64,000 bases of DNA from Convolutriloba macropyga. Lineage: Eukaryota. The DNA lies in NCBI RefSeq assembly GCF_964194025.1, contig NC_134470.1:37014001-37078000 (forward strand), read 5' to 3'. Each line of letters opens with the position of its first letter. Position 1 is the stretch's first letter. A model generated the notes under the pieces. The model was not told the DNA's origin, did not search any database, and saw only the letters and a list, made by a program, of their open reading frames with translations. The position numbers were made by a program, and so were the translations under genes. This document shows positions 61,451-64,000 of this stretch, one piece after another.

Positions 61451-64000
61451 NAACCCTCTTCTCAGAAATTGTTTTGTAAGGTCTTTTTCTACTTGTTTTG
61501 GCTGGAGCAAAAGCATCCCTAAAATTTGACTTCCAAAACAAACAAACCCACAAACGTCGCACAAATTGCTTAAAACAGACTGCCAAGCGGTTGCCACGAC
61601 GTCAGTAGCTGGCTGGGGCTTAGAGAAATAGTTAAGGCTAACTGAGAGAAGCGATAGAAAAAGGGGCGCATTGGAAGGACTTAATTGAGGACGGATATGC
61701 CGGTGAGGGGTGTGTGTTGGTTGTTCGGTGTAGGGGGAGAATCGGAAAGTCAGCGCAGGCGTTTGGAAAGTCAGAAGCATCTTACCAAAATTCGAACAAA
61801 AAGACCCAAGGACTAATATAATTGCTACAAATTTTAATCGAGAGAAATTAAATATAACCGACTAACGTCGGGCGAATTGCTCTCAAACAACCGGCGAGCG
61901 GTTGGCTTCGTCAGTAGCTAGCCACGGTTTAGTGAGGCAAGCTTTAGCTTCATTCGACTCTGCAACTTTTAGTTTTCTAACCTTGTTAGTAAATAAATCA
62001 AATAAAAAACTGATATTTTAAAATTTGCAAAATATTGCAAAATTTAAAAGAAAAGCTTCCAGATTTCGCAGTAGAATGTTCAAAACTATTTTTTGTCTTT
62101 GGAGTTACGTCAAGTCTTGAAAAGCTTCGTTGGCCAGTAATGATCGTTAAACTCATAAAAGTCCATTAAAATTCAAATATTTTGAAAACAATCGCAAATT
62201 TTAACAAAATCTTGCTAAAATTCAAAATACTAAAATCTTCAAAACCATTGCATGTCTCAAGAGACTATCCAGTATCCCTATCCAGTATCCCTAAGCTTTA
62301 AATAGTTTCACTGGCTCAAAAAAATCAAACTTGGAACATGATAATAATTTTCCGAAAATATGAAAAATAAATTTTATCAAAAAATTGCTAAGGCTGGAGT
62401 CATTAAAAAATTGATGACCAAACCATTAGCTCTAGAAACTATTCAGCAGTTTATTATCAAACAACGGAGGAGCTCCCTAGGACCCTGGTGCCGGAAAAAA
62501 CGATAAAAAAAATCAAAGATTAAAAATAACTTGAAAAAGTGCAAAATTTTTTTAAAAATTGCTGATATTAAAATCTTGACAAAAATTCTATTACATCTAG
62601 AAGCTATGCAGATAATCAAACCCAACGGGAGGTTTTGTGGCTCTTGAGGCTGGAGAAACCTAAAAAATGACAAAAATTCAAATTGAAAAAAATTGAAAGT
62701 TGCCTAAAAAAGTGCTAAAATTTCTGATAATAAAAGTTGAAAACTAATCCATGGCCAAAAAAAATTTTCAAGTGACTTATTATCAAATCCTTACGGAGGT
62801 TTTGTGTTAGGCTGAAAAACCTGAATATTGACAAAAAAAATGACAAAAAAATTGAAATTGCAAGTTTTGTTAAAAAAAATGCTAAAATTCGTGTTGTTTA
62901 GAAATTATACAGTAACCTATTGTCAAACCCTAGAGGAGGTTCCTTGGTTCTTGAGGCTGAAAAAACCTAAAAAACGACAAAAATGTTCAAAAAAACTTGA
63001 AAGCAAGTTTTATCAAAAAATTGCTAAAATTTGTGACATTAAAAAATTGCAAAACTATTCCATGGCCGATAAAAATTTGTCAGTAACTTATTATCGAACC
63101 CTTTAGGACGTTTTCTGGCCCCTGCGTGTGGAAAGACGTGAAAACCGAAAAGACGGCCGGCCGATTGCAGGAAAACAGCCGCGATAGACGCTTGTGGCCT
63201 ACCATGAATTGAAACAACTAAAGAACTAAGATTGACAGATCGATCACCAGTCCCCTAATGGACCACTTGACCTTTTGGGTTAGATTCGGACTGTCAATTT
63301 TATGACACATACGGTCTATAAGGGCAAAGCCCTAAAAGGCTTTTTCAGAATTGATATTCGAAATCAAAAACTCAGGACTCTAATACTCAAGAATTAGGGC
63401 ATATAAGTTTGGCACTACTTAGATGCACACTATTGATCTTCAACTAGTAAATGTCTAAAAAATTTAAAGTTCCATAAATGAGTTCAGAAGTCATTTTTTA
63501 GTGAGGTAAGTCACGCAATTGACCTAAAAGCAGCAATGACGTCACGAACACAAATTTTAACTACAAAGCAGTAGAAGTCACTGAAGTCATTAAAAAAGTC
63601 AATTCCAAGAAGTCAGGGTAAGACAAAACAAAAATCTGTTAGACGTTAAAAATAGGAGCGCAATAATAGCCGCCTGGAATTGCGAACGCGGTTATTAATA
63701 AATGTCCGCTTGTGCCCCTCGCACATTATGCAGAAGATCTTTAAACTGCATTACAATAACCCAAAATTTCCGTTGTTTCAATTTCATTTCAACTCTCTAA
63801 TTAAGATAACAGAACACCAATAAAAACGAACTCAAGGCAAACCACTGCTGCTCAAGACCTAAATCAGTAAACTGACAGTAATTTAGTACAAAGTCCAACT
63901 AAATCGAGAACCGTATTAAGATAAATTGGAAACAGAAAAAAATTTTGCTAACATTCGAAAAAGAAATCTACCAAATGCCACTATTTATTATCCGAAAAAT

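Noticed and set aside
60867-61780. ORFs of 239 and 289 aa
   Set aside because: They span the N gap
59173-64000. Upstream kinase exons (Gly-rich loop, VAVK, HxNIV)
   Set aside because: Not found; probably beyond the window or in the gap

Overview
AT-rich eukaryotic (probably invertebrate animal) genomic DNA. A host TBK1/IKK-epsilon-like kinase gene runs on the minus strand: four clear exons (59043-59172, 24245-24435, 23587-23779, ~17763-18065) splice in frame across very large introns. The 34.6-kb intron 24436-59042 holds a complete but decayed Maverick/Polinton (endogenous dsDNA virus-like element) at 25505-53248. Its limits are exact: 5'-AG...CT-3' ends, ~110-bp TIRs, a 6-bp TSD (CCACTG) and an empty-site paralogue at ~57770. 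It carries all core genes on the minus strand (minor capsid, pPolB with OTU-like and Vsr-like domains, packaging ATPase, RVE integrase, basic core protein, major capsid, adenain protease), about nine accessory genes and two internal tandem duplications. Unusual points: each TIR begins with a ~58-nt imperfect hairpin; one accessory gene has HUH-endonuclease-like motif order; most genes sit just behind 3' splice-acceptor-like sites; several have 41-47-nt introns; and a subterminal array of palindromes lies near the right end. Also present: a CR1/L2-type LINE with a 2A (DIETNPGP) peptide, a decayed CRE-like retrotransposon, a 3.5-kb purine satellite, tRNA-like relics, dispersed repeats and a 527-nt N gap. 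All calls were made by eye, without database searches.
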